The notes under the pieces were generated by a model. That model did no database searches. It saw only the letters and a program-made list of their open reading frames with translations, and was not told the DNA's origin. A DNA stretch of 64,000 nucleotides from an uncultured Brevibacillus sp. (lineage in GTDB: Bacteria; Bacillota; Bacilli; Brevibacillales; Brevibacillaceae). The position numbers were made by a program, and so were the translations under genes. The DNA lies in NCBI RefSeq assembly GCF_947502445.1, contig NZ_CANMZW010000021.1, positions 14,823-78,822 of the forward strand. Direction: 5' to 3'. Of the stretch, positions 28,060-38,581 are shown piece by piece (position 1 is the stretch's first letter; each line of letters starts with the position of its first letter).

Positions 28060-28340
28060 ACAAGAAAAAAGTACTTGTGATTTGTGGGACAGGAGTAGCA
28101 ACATCGACGATAGTGATGCAAAAATTGAAAGCGTTTTTACGGGACAAAAGCATCGAAGCAACGTTGGAACAATCCAAGGTGAGTGACGTTTTGAACAAAG
28201 CGGGTCAATATGATCTGATTATTTCTACAACAGCAGTACCCCCTTCCATGGTCGATAAAGTTATCAATGCTGTGCCTTTGTTAACGGGGATCGGGAAAGA
28301 GCAAGTATATGATGAAATAGAAGCAAGACTAAAAATGTAA
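28056..28340 (+). CDS. PTS EIIB (galactitol class)
   Basis: VLVICGTGVATST. Confidence 0.9.
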   Translation: MNKKKVLVICGTGVATSTIVMQKLKAFLRDKSIEATLEQSKVSDVLNKAGQYDLIISTTAVPPSMVDKVINAVPLLTGIGKEQVYDEIEARLKM

Positions 28341-28373
28341 TGTGACTATCTGCCTTATCTAAGGAGGTTCACT

Positions 28374-29723
28374 ATGGACGTTATCAAATACCTCGTTGAC
28401 CTTGGCCCTTCGGTTGTTTTGCCGGTTCTCATCTTCTTGTTTGGGATTATCCTGAAAACGAAGCCGGGTGAAGCCTTCCGTGCTGGCCTTACAGTAGGGA
28501 TTGGTTTCATTGGGATCAACCTTGTGATCGGCTTGCTAATGGGTAGCCTGGGACCTGCCGCACAGGACATGGTGAAAAATTTGGGAATCCAGCTTACGAT
28601 TATTGATGTGGGCTGGCCAGCTACATCGGCGATTGCATTCGGCTCGGCAGTAGGCGCACTTGCGATTCCGATCGGACTTGCTGTCAATCTCGGGATGCTT
28701 GTATTAGGCTTGACCCGAACGCTCAATATCGATTTGTGGAATCTGTGGCATATCGCTTTTACGGGTTCTTTGGTTGCTGTCATGTCCAACAACATTACGC
28801 TTGGCATCCTGACTTCAATCGCTCACGCAATCATCCTGCTCGTCCTGGCGGATCTGACGTCCAAGCATGTCTCCAGCTACTATGGATATGCGAACATTTC
28901 GTTTACACACGGAACTGCGACGCCATACTACTTGATCGCATTGCCATTGGAAAAATTGTTTGACCGTATTCCGGGCTTCCGCAACCTGAAAGCTGACCCT
29001 GAGTCCATTCAAAAACGCCTTGGGCTTTTAGGGGAATCGACAGTTCTTGGACTCATTTTAGGCTTTATTATCGCCCTTTTGGCAGGCTGGGACTTGCCTA
29101 AGGTTCTTGACTTAGGTGTAAAAACAGCAGCGGTTATGCTCATTCTCCCGCGGATGGTAAGTATTTTGATGGAGGGTCTGATGCCGATTTCGGAGGCTGC
29201 TGGCGATTTTGTTCGTAAGCGCTTTCCTGGTCGAGAAGTCCACATCGGAATGGATGCAGCGTTGGCGGTTGGGCATCCGGCTACCATTGCCGCTTCGCTA
29301 GTAATGATTCCGATTGTACTTGGGCTGGCCGTTTTGATGCCGGGCAACAAAGTGCTTCCTTTCGGTGATCTGGCGACCATTCCATTCATCGTCTGCCTCA
29401 TGGTGCCGATTTTCAAAGGGAATGTGATCCGGACAGTAATCGGTGCGACCATCTCACTTGCATTCGGCTTGCTGTTAGCGACTTACATTTCACCGTTGTT
29501 CACAAAAGCAGCACAGAACGCAGGCTTTAAATTCCCGGATGGCGCCAGTGCGATTTCATCACTCGTGGACGGTGCTGTTCCGACTACGGCGATCTTCCTT
29601 TTTGGCGCAAAGCTAGGCTATGTGGGCATTATTGGAATAGCCATTATCGGTTTGGTCGTTGCTTACCTGGTACAGCGCAAGCATCGTTTGGCCGCCGCCA
29701 ATACGGTTAATAAAGCATTATAA
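28374..29723 (+). CDS. PTS EIIC (GatC-like, galactitol class)
   Basis: IDVGWP, NIDLWNLWH, LPFGDL; multi-TM. Confidence 0.9.
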   Translation: MDVIKYLVDLGPSVVLPVLIFLFGIILKTKPGEAFRAGLTVGIGFIGINLVIGLLMGSLGPAAQDMVKNLGIQLTIIDVGWPATSAIAFGSAVGALAIPIGLAVNLGMLVLGLTRTLNIDLWNLWHIAFTGSLVAVMSNNITLGILTSIAHAIILLVLADLTSKHVSSYYGYANISFTHGTATPYYLIALPLEKLFDRIPGFRNLKADPESIQKRLGLLGESTVLGLILGFIIALLAGWDLPKVLDLGVKTAAVMLILPRMVSILMEGLMPISEAAGDFVRKRFPGREVHIGMDAALAVGHPATIAASLVMIPIVLGLAVLMPGNKVLPFGDLATIPFIVCLMVPIFKGNVIRTVIGATISLAFGLLLATYISPLFTKAAQNAGFKFPDGASAISSLVDGAVPTTAIFLFGAKLGYVGIIGIAIIGLVVAYLVQRKHRLAAANTVNKAL

Positions 29724-29861
29724 CGCGGACTTCATCAATAACACCCTGTACGTCGCCCGAGCGGCATGTGTAGGGTGTTTCACTTGGTTATGGGAAGTTG
29801 ACAAAAAACAGCAGCAGCGATGGACTTTCTTACAAGCCCACGGCTACTGCTGTCTATCCCG

Positions 29862-31499
29862 TTATTTACTATGAACAACCATCGCTTTAATCTCTTGCTT
29901 CATTTTGGGTATAGACGAAGGAGTCATGCTTAATTCGTCAACACCGAGTGCAACCAGCTCTTTTGCATAGGTAGGATCACCTGCCATTTCACCGCAGACC
30001 CCGACCCATTTGCCGTGTGCGTGCGCATCCTGTACCACTGTGCCAATCAAGCGAAGGATCGCGGGATGTCCAGGATTGTACAGATAGCCTACCTTTTGAT
30101 TCATGCGGTCAGCCGCAAAGGTATACTGGATCAAGTCATTGGAGCCGATGCTGAAAAAGTCTACATGTGGCGCCAGTTGATCGACAATCAGCGCAGCAGA
30201 GGGGACTTCAATCATAATCCCTGTCTCGATTTGTTCAGCGAAAGAAGATTGTCTGGCTGCTAGCTGCTCTTTGGCCAGCTCCCATAACGCTTTTGCCTCC
30301 AAAAGCTCCTCGACAGTCGCGATCATCGGGAACATGACTTTTACATTCCCGAAAAGGGAGGCGCGAAGGATTGCTCGCAGCTGCGTCAAAAACATCTCTT
30401 TTTCAGCAAGACACAAGCGGATGGCTCGAAACCCGAGAAACGGATTCTCTTCAGGCTCCATCTGCAGGTACGGTAATTGTTTGTCTCCTCCAATGTCCAT
30501 GGTGCGAATAATGACTGGGCGTCCCGCCATTTCACGGGCAACTGCGGCGTATGCTTCAAATTGCTCGTCCTCACTCGGCATTTGTTCCCGCTCGAGAAAT
30601 AAAAACTCAGATCGAAATAGGCCAATCCCGTCTCCGCCGTTTGCAAGTACGGCCTTGCAATCCTCTGGAGTTCCGATATTGCCCGCCACTTCAATCAACT
30701 TGCCGTCTGACGTGTGAGCAGGTGCGTGTGCAGCATCTCGCAGGACTGCTAGTTCTTCTACATATTCCCGTTGCAGGCGCTGGTACCTATTGATTTGCTC
30801 GGCAGCTGGATTGAGCTGCAGCTCTCCCGTATTTCCATTCAGGGCAAGCGTCGTCTCATTTGTGATGTTATCTAAAATGCTGCCACATCCCACAACAGCG
30901 GGGATTTGCAGCGTGCGTGCCAAAATGGCAGAGTGACTGGTGGTGCCGCCAATCTCTGTAACAATCCCTTTGACCCATTCCGGTTTCAATCGCGCTGTTT
31001 GAGAAGGGGTCAAGTCATGTGTAACCAGGATGACGGGGCGCTCGATCTGATCTAGCGAAGAATCTGCGATGCCTAGCATTTTTCGCGCAATTTTATCTCG
31101 CAGGTCTTTGAAGTCAGCTGCCCGTTCCCGCAAATACTCGTCATCCAGTTGTTCAAAAAATGCGATATGTCCTGAAAAGACGTGATAAGCTGCCCAGGCT
31201 GCATTCTTGTTTTCGCCTTTGATTTCCTTGTCCATCTCTTGAACGAGGGTTGGATCATCCAAAATCATGAGATGGGAGTCGAAGATCGCGCACTCATGCT
31301 CACCTATACGCTGCCTTACAGTCTCCCGCGTGACAGCGATTTCAATTTTCACTTGCTCAAGAACCTCACAAAGCTTTTGTTGTTCTTGATCTGCCTGGTC
31401 GGCAGCAATCGTCTCGCTGGGAATAACCAGTTCTGCCTCTTTCAGTACAAAAACACGTTCTGCTGCATAACCGGGTGAGGCTGCAATTCCTTTTATCAT
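29862..31499 (-). CDS. ptsI: Phosphoenolpyruvate-protein phosphotransferase (PTS enzyme I)
   Basis: MIKGIAASPG start after GGAGGG; GGTTSHSAIL (active His), GIGLFRSEF, ENPFLGFRAIR, FFSIGSNDL, GVCGEMAG. Confidence 0.93.
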   Translation of the reverse strand: MIKGIAASPGYAAERVFVLKEAELVIPSETIAADQADQEQQKLCEVLEQVKIEIAVTRETVRQRIGEHECAIFDSHLMILDDPTLVQEMDKEIKGENKNAAWAAYHVFSGHIAFFEQLDDEYLRERAADFKDLRDKIARKMLGIADSSLDQIERPVILVTHDLTPSQTARLKPEWVKGIVTEIGGTTSHSAILARTLQIPAVVGCGSILDNITNETTLALNGNTGELQLNPAAEQINRYQRLQREYVEELAVLRDAAHAPAHTSDGKLIEVAGNIGTPEDCKAVLANGGDGIGLFRSEFLFLEREQMPSEDEQFEAYAAVAREMAGRPVIIRTMDIGGDKQLPYLQMEPEENPFLGFRAIRLCLAEKEMFLTQLRAILRASLFGNVKVMFPMIATVEELLEAKALWELAKEQLAARQSSFAEQIETGIMIEVPSAALIVDQLAPHVDFFSIGSNDLIQYTFAADRMNQKVGYLYNPGHPAILRLIGTVVQDAHAHGKWVGVCGEMAGDPTYAKELVALGVDELSMTPSSIPKMKQEIKAMVVHSK

Positions 31500-31786
31500 C
31501 GTATCCCTCCAGTGCAGTATGGCAAAAAGCATGCAAAAAGGCCAGGGAAATACCTCCCTGACCCGTGATCCAAAGGATTTGAATACATGTATCATATATT
31601 TTCTGACAATGGTCGTCAATGGAAAGGAATAAATTGTGGGAAAAATCTCACAAAAACTACCACAGAATATTCTGGTTTGCCTTTGTATTTGTGGTACGGT
31701 AGAAAATGTAGAGCGGATTAAAAGGCATTTTACGGCTTGAACGGACTGGTATGATACTTGCTTGTAATAGATTGTGGGGGGATGTT

Positions 31787-34666
31787 ATGGAGGAACGCAT
31801 CAAGCAGATTATTGATCAAGAGGATAAAAAAGTTCCGTATACCGATGAGCAGATTGCGCGTCAGATGGGAATTCGTCGAGATGAGGTAACGCTGCTTCGG
31901 CATAAACTCCAGGTTCCCGACTCACGCAAAAGAAGGCAGCCTCTCTTGCTCAAGGATATGGAGAAGCTTTTACATTCTTCACCGAACATGACGAGCCGGG
32001 AGCTAACGAGCCGTTTGAACGAACAAGGCTATGATGTATCTCGTTTCATGGTTCATCAATTACGAAGCAAAATGGAAGCGTTCTCAGGTGAAACGCCAAA
32101 CATAGATGACCATGCTCGCCAAAAAACGAGGAAGGTCAGCCAGGCGGTTACCTTCGCCAGTCTGATAGGAGCAAAGAGTACACTGAAAGCGGCTATTCAA
32201 CAAGCGCAAGCAGCAGTCCTCTATCCACCACACGGACTTCATACTCTCTTTTTTGGAGCTACAGGTGTGGGCAAGAGCAGAATGGCGGAAGCGATGTACC
32301 AGTTTGCAATCGAGCAGCAGGTGATGAAGAAAAACGCACCGTTTGTTATTTTTAACTGCGCCGATTACGCCAAAAATCCGCAGCTGTTGCTTTCCCAGCT
32401 ATTCGGGTATGTAAAGGGAGCGTTTACTGGTGCCCAGCAAGATAAGCCCGGGTTAGTGGACCAGGCAGACGGTGGAATTCTGTTTTTGGATGAAATTCAT
32501 CGATTGCCACCGGAAGGGCAGGAAAATCTCTTTTATCTGATCGACAAAGGCGTATATCGACGTTTGGGAGAGGTCCAGTTCCAGCAAAAGGCGACCATAC
32601 TGATCGTCGGTGCGACGACAGAGGCCCCCGAATCAAGCCTGTTGTTGACGTTGCGTAGACGGATTCCCATGACGATAGAGCTACCCTCTCTCTCCGAATG
32701 GACACAACAGGAGCGTCTATCTCTGATTTTCCATTATTTGAATGAAGAGACAGACCGTATTGGCAGAGAGGTTGTCGTCCAAAAGGATGTGGTTGCCTCC
32801 CTTTTGACCTATGATTGTCCTGCAAATATGGGGCAGCTGCACAGTGATATTCGTGTCCTGTTGGCGAAAGCCTTTTTGAAAACGATTCATCAGGTAGAAA
32901 AGACGGCTGTTCAGGTCGATCGATATGATTTGCCTATGCACGTCGCCAGTCACCAGCAATCAGCCGAGCTGGCACCAGAGCTGCCAATGCTAAAGAAAGA
33001 CCAGTTCCTATTTGTTCCCGGCCAACGCTCCGATCTGGTGGGAACAGAGATAGTCGAGGATGCTCCCCAGCATCTCTATGATTGGGTGGTAGAGCGCTAT
33101 CAAAATCTCAAAAATCAAGGTCAAAGCGAAGAATTGATCGAGCTCATCGTAAACAAGGAACTGGATACACGGATGGAGCCGTTCACAGGCGAAGAAGAAA
33201 AACGCTCGCTGCGCTTGCAGCAGCTGGTCAAACTGGTCGGGGATCAGGTTGTTCAGGCTGTGGAACAAATGCTCTGGATCGCGGAGCGCCACATTACTCT
33301 GGATTACCAACGGATCTCCTATGCTCTCGCCATTCATTTGCATGGACTGTTGGAGAGATGGCCGGATACGAAAGAAATGGATAGCTGGATCGAAACCGAT
33401 CAGGAGTCGATGGAGTTCAAAGTGGCGCTGGAAATGGCAAAGGTGATCCAAACCAGCTATGGAATATTACTGCCTGTAAAAGAAGTGTCTGTTCTCGCCA
33501 TGTACGTCAAGCAGTGCTCGATCTATACAGAGCCGAAGCCAATGATTGGTGTAGTCGTCACTTCGTATGGACTCGTAGCCAAAAGCATGGCCGACGTCGC
33601 TTCCCGCCTGTTTGAACGAAAGCATGCGCAGGCAGTTGAGCTGTATTGGAACGATGATCTGGTTGTGTCAATCGAGCGAATCAGCACAATGATCCAGCAA
33701 GCGGATCAAGGAGAAGGGGTCATTTTGCTGGCAGATATGGGGAGCAATCTGCTGAGTGAAGAGGAATGGAATAGGCGAAGCGGTGTACGTGTAAAGGTCC
33801 TGCCCAATGTGACCACTACTCTCGTCATCGAGGTCATCAGAAAATGTCTCTACTCCAGTGAATCGCTTGAGCAGATCGTGGACCAGATGCAGCATTTGCC
33901 TGTCAAATCTCTTCATTCGATCCAGTCACTTACTCCCAAGCCAGTAGCCATTGTCACCATTTGTATCACGGGTAAAGGTGCCGCCAAACGATTGGATCAG
34001 CTTTTACAAGAAAAGCTGGAGACTGCTGCAACGCAGGTCACCATTTTACAGGCAAGCTCGCTTTCGATTCGAAAGCAGTATAAGGAATGGTTGGAGAAAT
34101 ATCACATCTTTGCTGTTGTCGGTACGGTGAATCCCATGCTGGATGGCATTCCGTTTATTTCGATAAAAGAGATTGTGGACGAGTCCGGCATCAGCTTTAT
34201 CAAACGATTGTTGCTCGTGGCCAATCGGACACTCCAGCCAGCATGGGTTCCTCGCTTACATGGATTGCGCGATCTACTCTACCCGGAGTTGGTCTGTGAC
34301 GATTTGGAGCTGTCTACGAAGCAGCAGGTGATCACTGTCCTTGCGCAACGACTGAGAGAGCACGGTTTCGTTGAGGCAGGCTTCGAGGGCAAAGTGTGGG
34401 AACGCGAAAAAATAGGGAACACATGCCTGTTTGGAACAGCGATCCCGCATGCCGATACGACACAAACGATCAGACCGGGTATCGCGATTGCCAATCTCGC
34501 ACAGCCAATTGAATGGGAAACAGGATACTTTGTAAGTCAAGTGTTCATGCTTGCCATCACGGAGACATGCCAACTGGCGGTAGAGGAGCTGTACCAATTT
34601 TTACACGAGCACGAAGAAGAGAATGTGCCACCTGATTTACAGACATTCATGAAGCTTGAACAGTAA
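31787..34666 (+). CDS. Sigma54-interacting PRD/PTS-regulated activator (LevR-like)
   Basis: GATGVGKS Walker A, GAFTGA, LFLDEIH; followed by PRD, EIIA-like, EIIB-like (ICITGKGAA) and EIIA (AIPHAD) segments. Confidence 0.9.
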   Translation: MEERIKQIIDQEDKKVPYTDEQIARQMGIRRDEVTLLRHKLQVPDSRKRRQPLLLKDMEKLLHSSPNMTSRELTSRLNEQGYDVSRFMVHQLRSKMEAFSGETPNIDDHARQKTRKVSQAVTFASLIGAKSTLKAAIQQAQAAVLYPPHGLHTLFFGATGVGKSRMAEAMYQFAIEQQVMKKNAPFVIFNCADYAKNPQLLLSQLFGYVKGAFTGAQQDKPGLVDQADGGILFLDEIHRLPPEGQENLFYLIDKGVYRRLGEVQFQQKATILIVGATTEAPESSLLLTLRRRIPMTIELPSLSEWTQQERLSLIFHYLNEETDRIGREVVVQKDVVASLLTYDCPANMGQLHSDIRVLLAKAFLKTIHQVEKTAVQVDRYDLPMHVASHQQSAELAPELPMLKKDQFLFVPGQRSDLVGTEIVEDAPQHLYDWVVERYQNLKNQGQSEELIELIVNKELDTRMEPFTGEEEKRSLRLQQLVKLVGDQVVQAVEQMLWIAERHITLDYQRISYALAIHLHGLLERWPDTKEMDSWIETDQESMEFKVALEMAKVIQTSYGILLPVKEVSVLAMYVKQCSIYTEPKPMIGVVVTSYGLVAKSMADVASRLFERKHAQAVELYWNDDLVVSIERISTMIQQADQGEGVILLADMGSNLLSEEEWNRRSGVRVKVLPNVTTTLVIEVIRKCLYSSESLEQIVDQMQHLPVKSLHSIQSLTPKPVAIVTICITGKGAAKRLDQLLQEKLETAATQVTILQASSLSIRKQYKEWLEKYHIFAVVGTVNPMLDGIPFISIKEIVDESGISFIKRLLLVANRTLQPAWVPRLHGLRDLLYPELVCDDLELSTKQQVITVLAQRLREHGFVEAGFEGKVWEREKIGNTCLFGTAIPHADTTQTIRPGIAIANLAQPIEWETGYFVSQVFMLAITETCQLAVEELYQFLHEHEEENVPPDLQTFMKLEQ

Positions 34667-34681
34667 TCGAGGAGGATTTCC

Positions 34682-34945
34682 ATGGAAAAACAAGTGACGA
34701 TTCTAAATAAAACAGGACTTCACGCTCGTCCCGCATCTGAGTTTGTCAAACTGGCTGCCCGTTTCGAGTCAGAGATCACGATTTTGGTGGGGACAAAAGT
34801 CGCGAATGCGAAGAGTATCATCAACGTTTTATCGCTGGCGGCAACGATGGGTACCGTTTTTACTCTGAGAGCGGTAGGGCCAGATGAAGCTGAAGCAATC
34901 GATGCTCTCTCCTCTTTAATTGAGAGAAAGTTTGGGGAAGAATAA
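34682..34945 (+). CDS. HPr family phosphocarrier
   Basis: GLHARPA (His15), AKSIINV (Ser46). Confidence 0.93.
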   Translation: MEKQVTILNKTGLHARPASEFVKLAARFESEITILVGTKVANAKSIINVLSLAATMGTVFTLRAVGPDEAEAIDALSSLIERKFGEE

Positions 34946-34956
34946 ACATTTGACCC

Positions 34957-35019
34957 TTGACTACGTAATCAGAATATTTATAATGAATTACAAATGTAAC
35001 CACAAGGAACAAATGTAAA
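34957..35019 (+). promoter_or_regulatory. SigA promoter with tandem operator A
   Basis: TTGACT-N16-TATAAT then TTACAAATGTAAC-N7-AACAAATGTAAA. Confidence 0.7.
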
Positions 35020-35039
35020 AATATCCGGAGGTGACGTGC

Positions 35040-35204
35040 ATGAAGCCGATTGAAAAGATAACTCCCGGAGCAAAAGTATACAAACTGTTTGAACACGAAA
35101 AGCTGGTTTGCGAAGGAAAAGACGAGGTTTTCATTATCTCGATCACCAAGATGTCGCGCGAGGAATACGAGCGGGACCTGAAGCAGGCAGCTGTTAATCA
35201 ATAA
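35040..35204 (+). CDS. Small hypothetical protein, 54 aa (not in ORF track)
   Basis: RBS GGAGGTG; MKPIEKITPGAKVYKLFEHEKLVCEGKDEVFIISITKMSREEYERDLKQAAVNQ*. Confidence 0.65.
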   Translation: MKPIEKITPGAKVYKLFEHEKLVCEGKDEVFIISITKMSREEYERDLKQAAVNQ

Positions 35205-35324
35205 ACTTGATACGCACTACGACGCTTGGACCACGGGTCAGGTGGGGGATTCAAACCTCCATCTGGTCCGTTTTTTTCTTCATACAAGCCTGTTGATACT
35301 GGCATATCCGAGGAGGAGAGGACT

Positions 35325-36311
35325 TTGATTACTAACATAAACGTTCCACCCATGATTACAGAGAAAAAGCTGGTGGAGCTGTATCATCAAATGTGGCTGA
35401 TTCGCTTTTTCGACGAGAAGGTAGATGAGTTTTTTGCCAAAGGACTGATCCATGGAACGACCCACTTGTGTGTGGGCCAGGAGGCTTCGGCAGCAGGTGC
35501 CATTGCGGTTCTGGAAGATCGGGACAAGATCACCAGCACGCACCGTGGACATGGTCATTGCATCGCCAAAGGTGCAGAGGCGAACCGGATGATGGCAGAG
35601 CTGTTCGGTCGTGTAACCGGATATTGCCGTGGTAAAGGCGGATCGATGCACATTGCGGATGTAGATAAAGGCAACCTGGGGGCGAATGGCATTGTCGGCG
35701 GTGGGATTCCAATCGCTGTCGGATCAGCTCTCACTTCGCAGATGAAAAAGCTAGGCTATGTGACCATGTGCTTTTTCGGAGATGGCGCCACCAATGAAGG
35801 CAGCTTTCATGAAGCGGTCAATATGGCGGCGATCTGGAACCTTCCTGTCGTCTTTGTTTGTGAAAATAATCAATACGGGATGTCCGGCCCGGTCAAGGAC
35901 ATGGTGAAAGTCGCGAACATCGCGGATCGTGCAGCAGCGTATGGCATTCCTGGCAAAGTGGTAGACGGCAATGACATTTTTGCCATGATGAACGTGACTC
36001 ATGAAGCAGTGGAACGAGCACGGCGAGGAGAAGGTCCAACGCTCATCGAAGCCAAGACCTATCGCTGGAAAGGCCACTCCAAGAGCGATGCGAAAAAATA
36101 TCGTACACGTGATGAGGAAATGGATTGGCGCAATAATCGTGATCCGATTGAGCGGATGAAGCGCGTTCTGATCAGTGAAGGAATCGTAAGCGAGCAGGAA
36201 GCAGCGCAGCTGGAAGCAGATGCAAGACAAGAAATTGAAAATGCGGTCAAGTTTGCTGAGGAAAGCCCGATGCCGCCGCTCGAAATTTTAGAAGAAGACG
36301 TCTACGCATAG
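35325..36311 (+). CDS. ThDP-dependent dehydrogenase E1 alpha (AcoA/PdhA-like)
   Basis: HLCVGQEA, STHRGHGH, GDGATNEG..N ThDP motif, YRWKGHS; TTG start after GAGGAGG. Confidence 0.92.
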   Translation: MITNINVPPMITEKKLVELYHQMWLIRFFDEKVDEFFAKGLIHGTTHLCVGQEASAAGAIAVLEDRDKITSTHRGHGHCIAKGAEANRMMAELFGRVTGYCRGKGGSMHIADVDKGNLGANGIVGGGIPIAVGSALTSQMKKLGYVTMCFFGDGATNEGSFHEAVNMAAIWNLPVVFVCENNQYGMSGPVKDMVKVANIADRAAAYGIPGKVVDGNDIFAMMNVTHEAVERARRGEGPTLIEAKTYRWKGHSKSDAKKYRTRDEEMDWRNNRDPIERMKRVLISEGIVSEQEAAQLEADARQEIENAVKFAEESPMPPLEILEEDVYA

Positions 36312-36329
36312 GCGAGGGAGGGATATCAA

Positions 36330-37322
36330 TTGTCAACGATGAGAGAGCTTACTTACCTGGAAGCGGTACGCGAATGTATGAGTCAGGAAATGCGCGTCAA
36401 TGAAGACGTATTTATCATGGGTGAAGATATTGGTTTGTATGGAGGGGCGTTTGGGGTCACTCGCGGGATGCTCGAAGAATTTGGCAAAGAACGCGTGCGA
36501 AATACGCCGATCTCGGAAGCAGCAATTGCTGGTGCTGCGGTTGGAGCAGCCATGACGGGTATGCGGCCCATCGTGGAGCTGCAGTTCTCCGATTTCATCA
36601 CGATTGCGACCGATCAGATCGTAAACCAGGCTGCGAAGAACCGCTATATGTTTGGCGGCAAAGGAAAAGTGCCACTCGTACTGCGGACACCATCCGGTTC
36701 AGGTACAGGAGCAGCTGCCCAGCACTCGCAGAGCCTGGAAGCCTGGATGGCACACATTCCGGGGCTAAAAGTTATCCAGCCGTCTACCGCCTATGATGCA
36801 AAAGGGTTGCTGAAAGCTGCAATCGATGACGACAATCCTGTAATCTTTTACGAGCACAAGCTCCTTTACCGGACAAAAGGTCATGTGCCTGAGGAGTCGT
36901 ACAGCTTGCCAATCGGGAAAGCAGATATCAAGCGTTCCGGTACGGATGTGACAATCGTGGCTACTGCAATTATGGTTCATAAGGCATTGCAAGCTGCAGT
37001 CGAGCTGGAAAAGGACGGGATCAGCGTCGAAATCATCGATCCTCGTACGCTCGTTCCTCTGGACATTGAGACAATTGTGGAATCGGTGAAAAAGACCGGG
37101 CGACTTGTTGTCGTTCATGAGGCGGTAAAGCGTGGCGGGTTTGGCGGGGAGATCGCAAGCTTGATCGCAGAGAGCGAAGCCTTTGATTATTTGGATGCAC
37201 CTATCAAGCGTTTAGGTGGCAAATCGGTGCCAATTCCGTACAATCCTGTCCTCGAAAAAGCAGCCATACCACAAGAACTTGATATCATCCAAGCGGTAAA
37301 AGAGACAGTTTTCCGCCGCTGA
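36330..37322 (+). CDS. Dehydrogenase E1 beta (AcoB/PdhB-like)
   Basis: [30 protein letters not shown]. Confidence 0.92.
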   Translation: MSTMRELTYLEAVRECMSQEMRVNEDVFIMGEDIGLYGGAFGVTRGMLEEFGKERVRNTPISEAAIAGAAVGAAMTGMRPIVELQFSDFITIATDQIVNQAAKNRYMFGGKGKVPLVLRTPSGSGTGAAAQHSQSLEAWMAHIPGLKVIQPSTAYDAKGLLKAAIDDDNPVIFYEHKLLYRTKGHVPEESYSLPIGKADIKRSGTDVTIVATAIMVHKALQAAVELEKDGISVEIIDPRTLVPLDIETIVESVKKTGRLVVVHEAVKRGGFGGEIASLIAESEAFDYLDAPIKRLGGKSVPIPYNPVLEKAAIPQELDIIQAVKETVFRR

Positions 37323-37342
37323 CATAGGAGGGGTCGAACATC

Positions 37343-38563
37343 ATGGCAACTGCCGTATTTATGCCAAAACTGAGTATGACAATGGAAACCGGAACAGTCA
37401 TCCAATGGTTCAAGCAAGAAGGGGACCAGGTTCGTGAAGGTGACGTCCTGCTGGAAGTTTTGACGGATAAAATCAACATCGAAGTAGAATCGTACACGAC
37501 CGGAACACTCCTGAAAATTTACTATGGCGCGGACCAAGTCGTTCCTGTAAATCAGGTGATCGGATACGTAGGAGAAGCAAACGAAAATGTACCAGATACA
37601 CCTCCGCTGGTAGAAACTAGTGCCAGTCAGGAAGAAGCAGAAGCCCCAGACGATCAACCGTCCAAGGAAGAAACACAAGGCAGTGAATCACTTGACCAGA
37701 AAATCAGAGCAACTCCTGTCGCTCGCCGAATGGCACGGGAGAACGGAATCGATCTGGGACAAGTGAATGGTTCCGGTCCCAATGGCCGCGTCCAAAAAGC
37801 AGATATCGAACATACTCTTTCTGCGAACGCTGGCAAATCAGCTTCCACAAGTACGGGACCAGTGACAAGCCTGCCAGGTCAACAAGTGAAAGTGGAAGGC
37901 ATGCGCAAGGTTATTGCAGAGCGTATGGTAGCGAGTGCGTACACCGCTCCTCACGTGACTCTCTCAACGGAAGCAGATATGAGCCAGGTAATCGAGGTAC
38001 GTTCTGCTTTGCTGCCTACGATCGAGAAATTGACCGGACATCGCTTGTCCTACACGGAAATTATTATAAAAGCTGTCGCCATGGCATTAGCTCGTCATCC
38101 GAAAGTAAATGCGTCACTCAAAGATGATGTGATCCAGCTTCACGAGACCATCAATATCGGTGTGGCTGTCGCGGTGACAGACGGATTGCTCGTACCCGTA
38201 ATCAAACAGGCGGATCAAAAAGGGCTCACACATTTGACTACCGAGACAAAAAGGCTGGCTGGATTGGCTCGTGATGGCCGTCTGCTTCCGGATGATATGC
38301 GCGGTGGCACGTTTACGATCAGCAACCTTGGGATGTATGCGATTGATGTGTTTACACCTATCATCAATCAGCCAGAGAGTGCCATTCTTGGAGTGGGACG
38401 AATCCATGAGAAGCCAGTAGGTGTAAATGGACAGATCGTACTACGACCAATGATGTCTCTTTCCTTGTCATTTGACCACCGTGTTATGGACGGGGCACCT
38501 GCGGCTGCATTCTTGCAAGAGATCAAAGAATTGCTGGAATCACCCTATCATCTGCTGGCGTAA
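37343..38563 (+). CDS. Dihydrolipoamide acyltransferase E2
   Basis: Lipoyl [11 protein letters not shown]3-binding ATPVARR, DHRVMDG. Confidence 0.92.
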   Translation: MATAVFMPKLSMTMETGTVIQWFKQEGDQVREGDVLLEVLTDKINIEVESYTTGTLLKIYYGADQVVPVNQVIGYVGEANENVPDTPPLVETSASQEEAEAPDDQPSKEETQGSESLDQKIRATPVARRMARENGIDLGQVNGSGPNGRVQKADIEHTLSANAGKSASTSTGPVTSLPGQQVKVEGMRKVIAERMVASAYTAPHVTLSTEADMSQVIEVRSALLPTIEKLTGHRLSYTEIIIKAVAMALARHPKVNASLKDDVIQLHETINIGVAVAVTDGLLVPVIKQADQKGLTHLTTETKRLAGLARDGRLLPDDMRGGTFTISNLGMYAIDVFTPIINQPESAILGVGRIHEKPVGVNGQIVLRPMMSLSLSFDHRVMDGAPAAAFLQEIKELLESPYHLLA

Positions 38564-38581
38564 AAGGAGGAGCAAACAACC

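Noticed and set aside
31515-31545. Sigma54 promoter for enzyme I or the activator (ATGGCAAAAAGCATGCAAAAAGGCCAG)
   Set aside because: The minus strand gives TG-N10-GC or GG-N11-GC. The plus-strand GG-N10-GC has a poor -12 and is far from the activator start. Too ambiguous.
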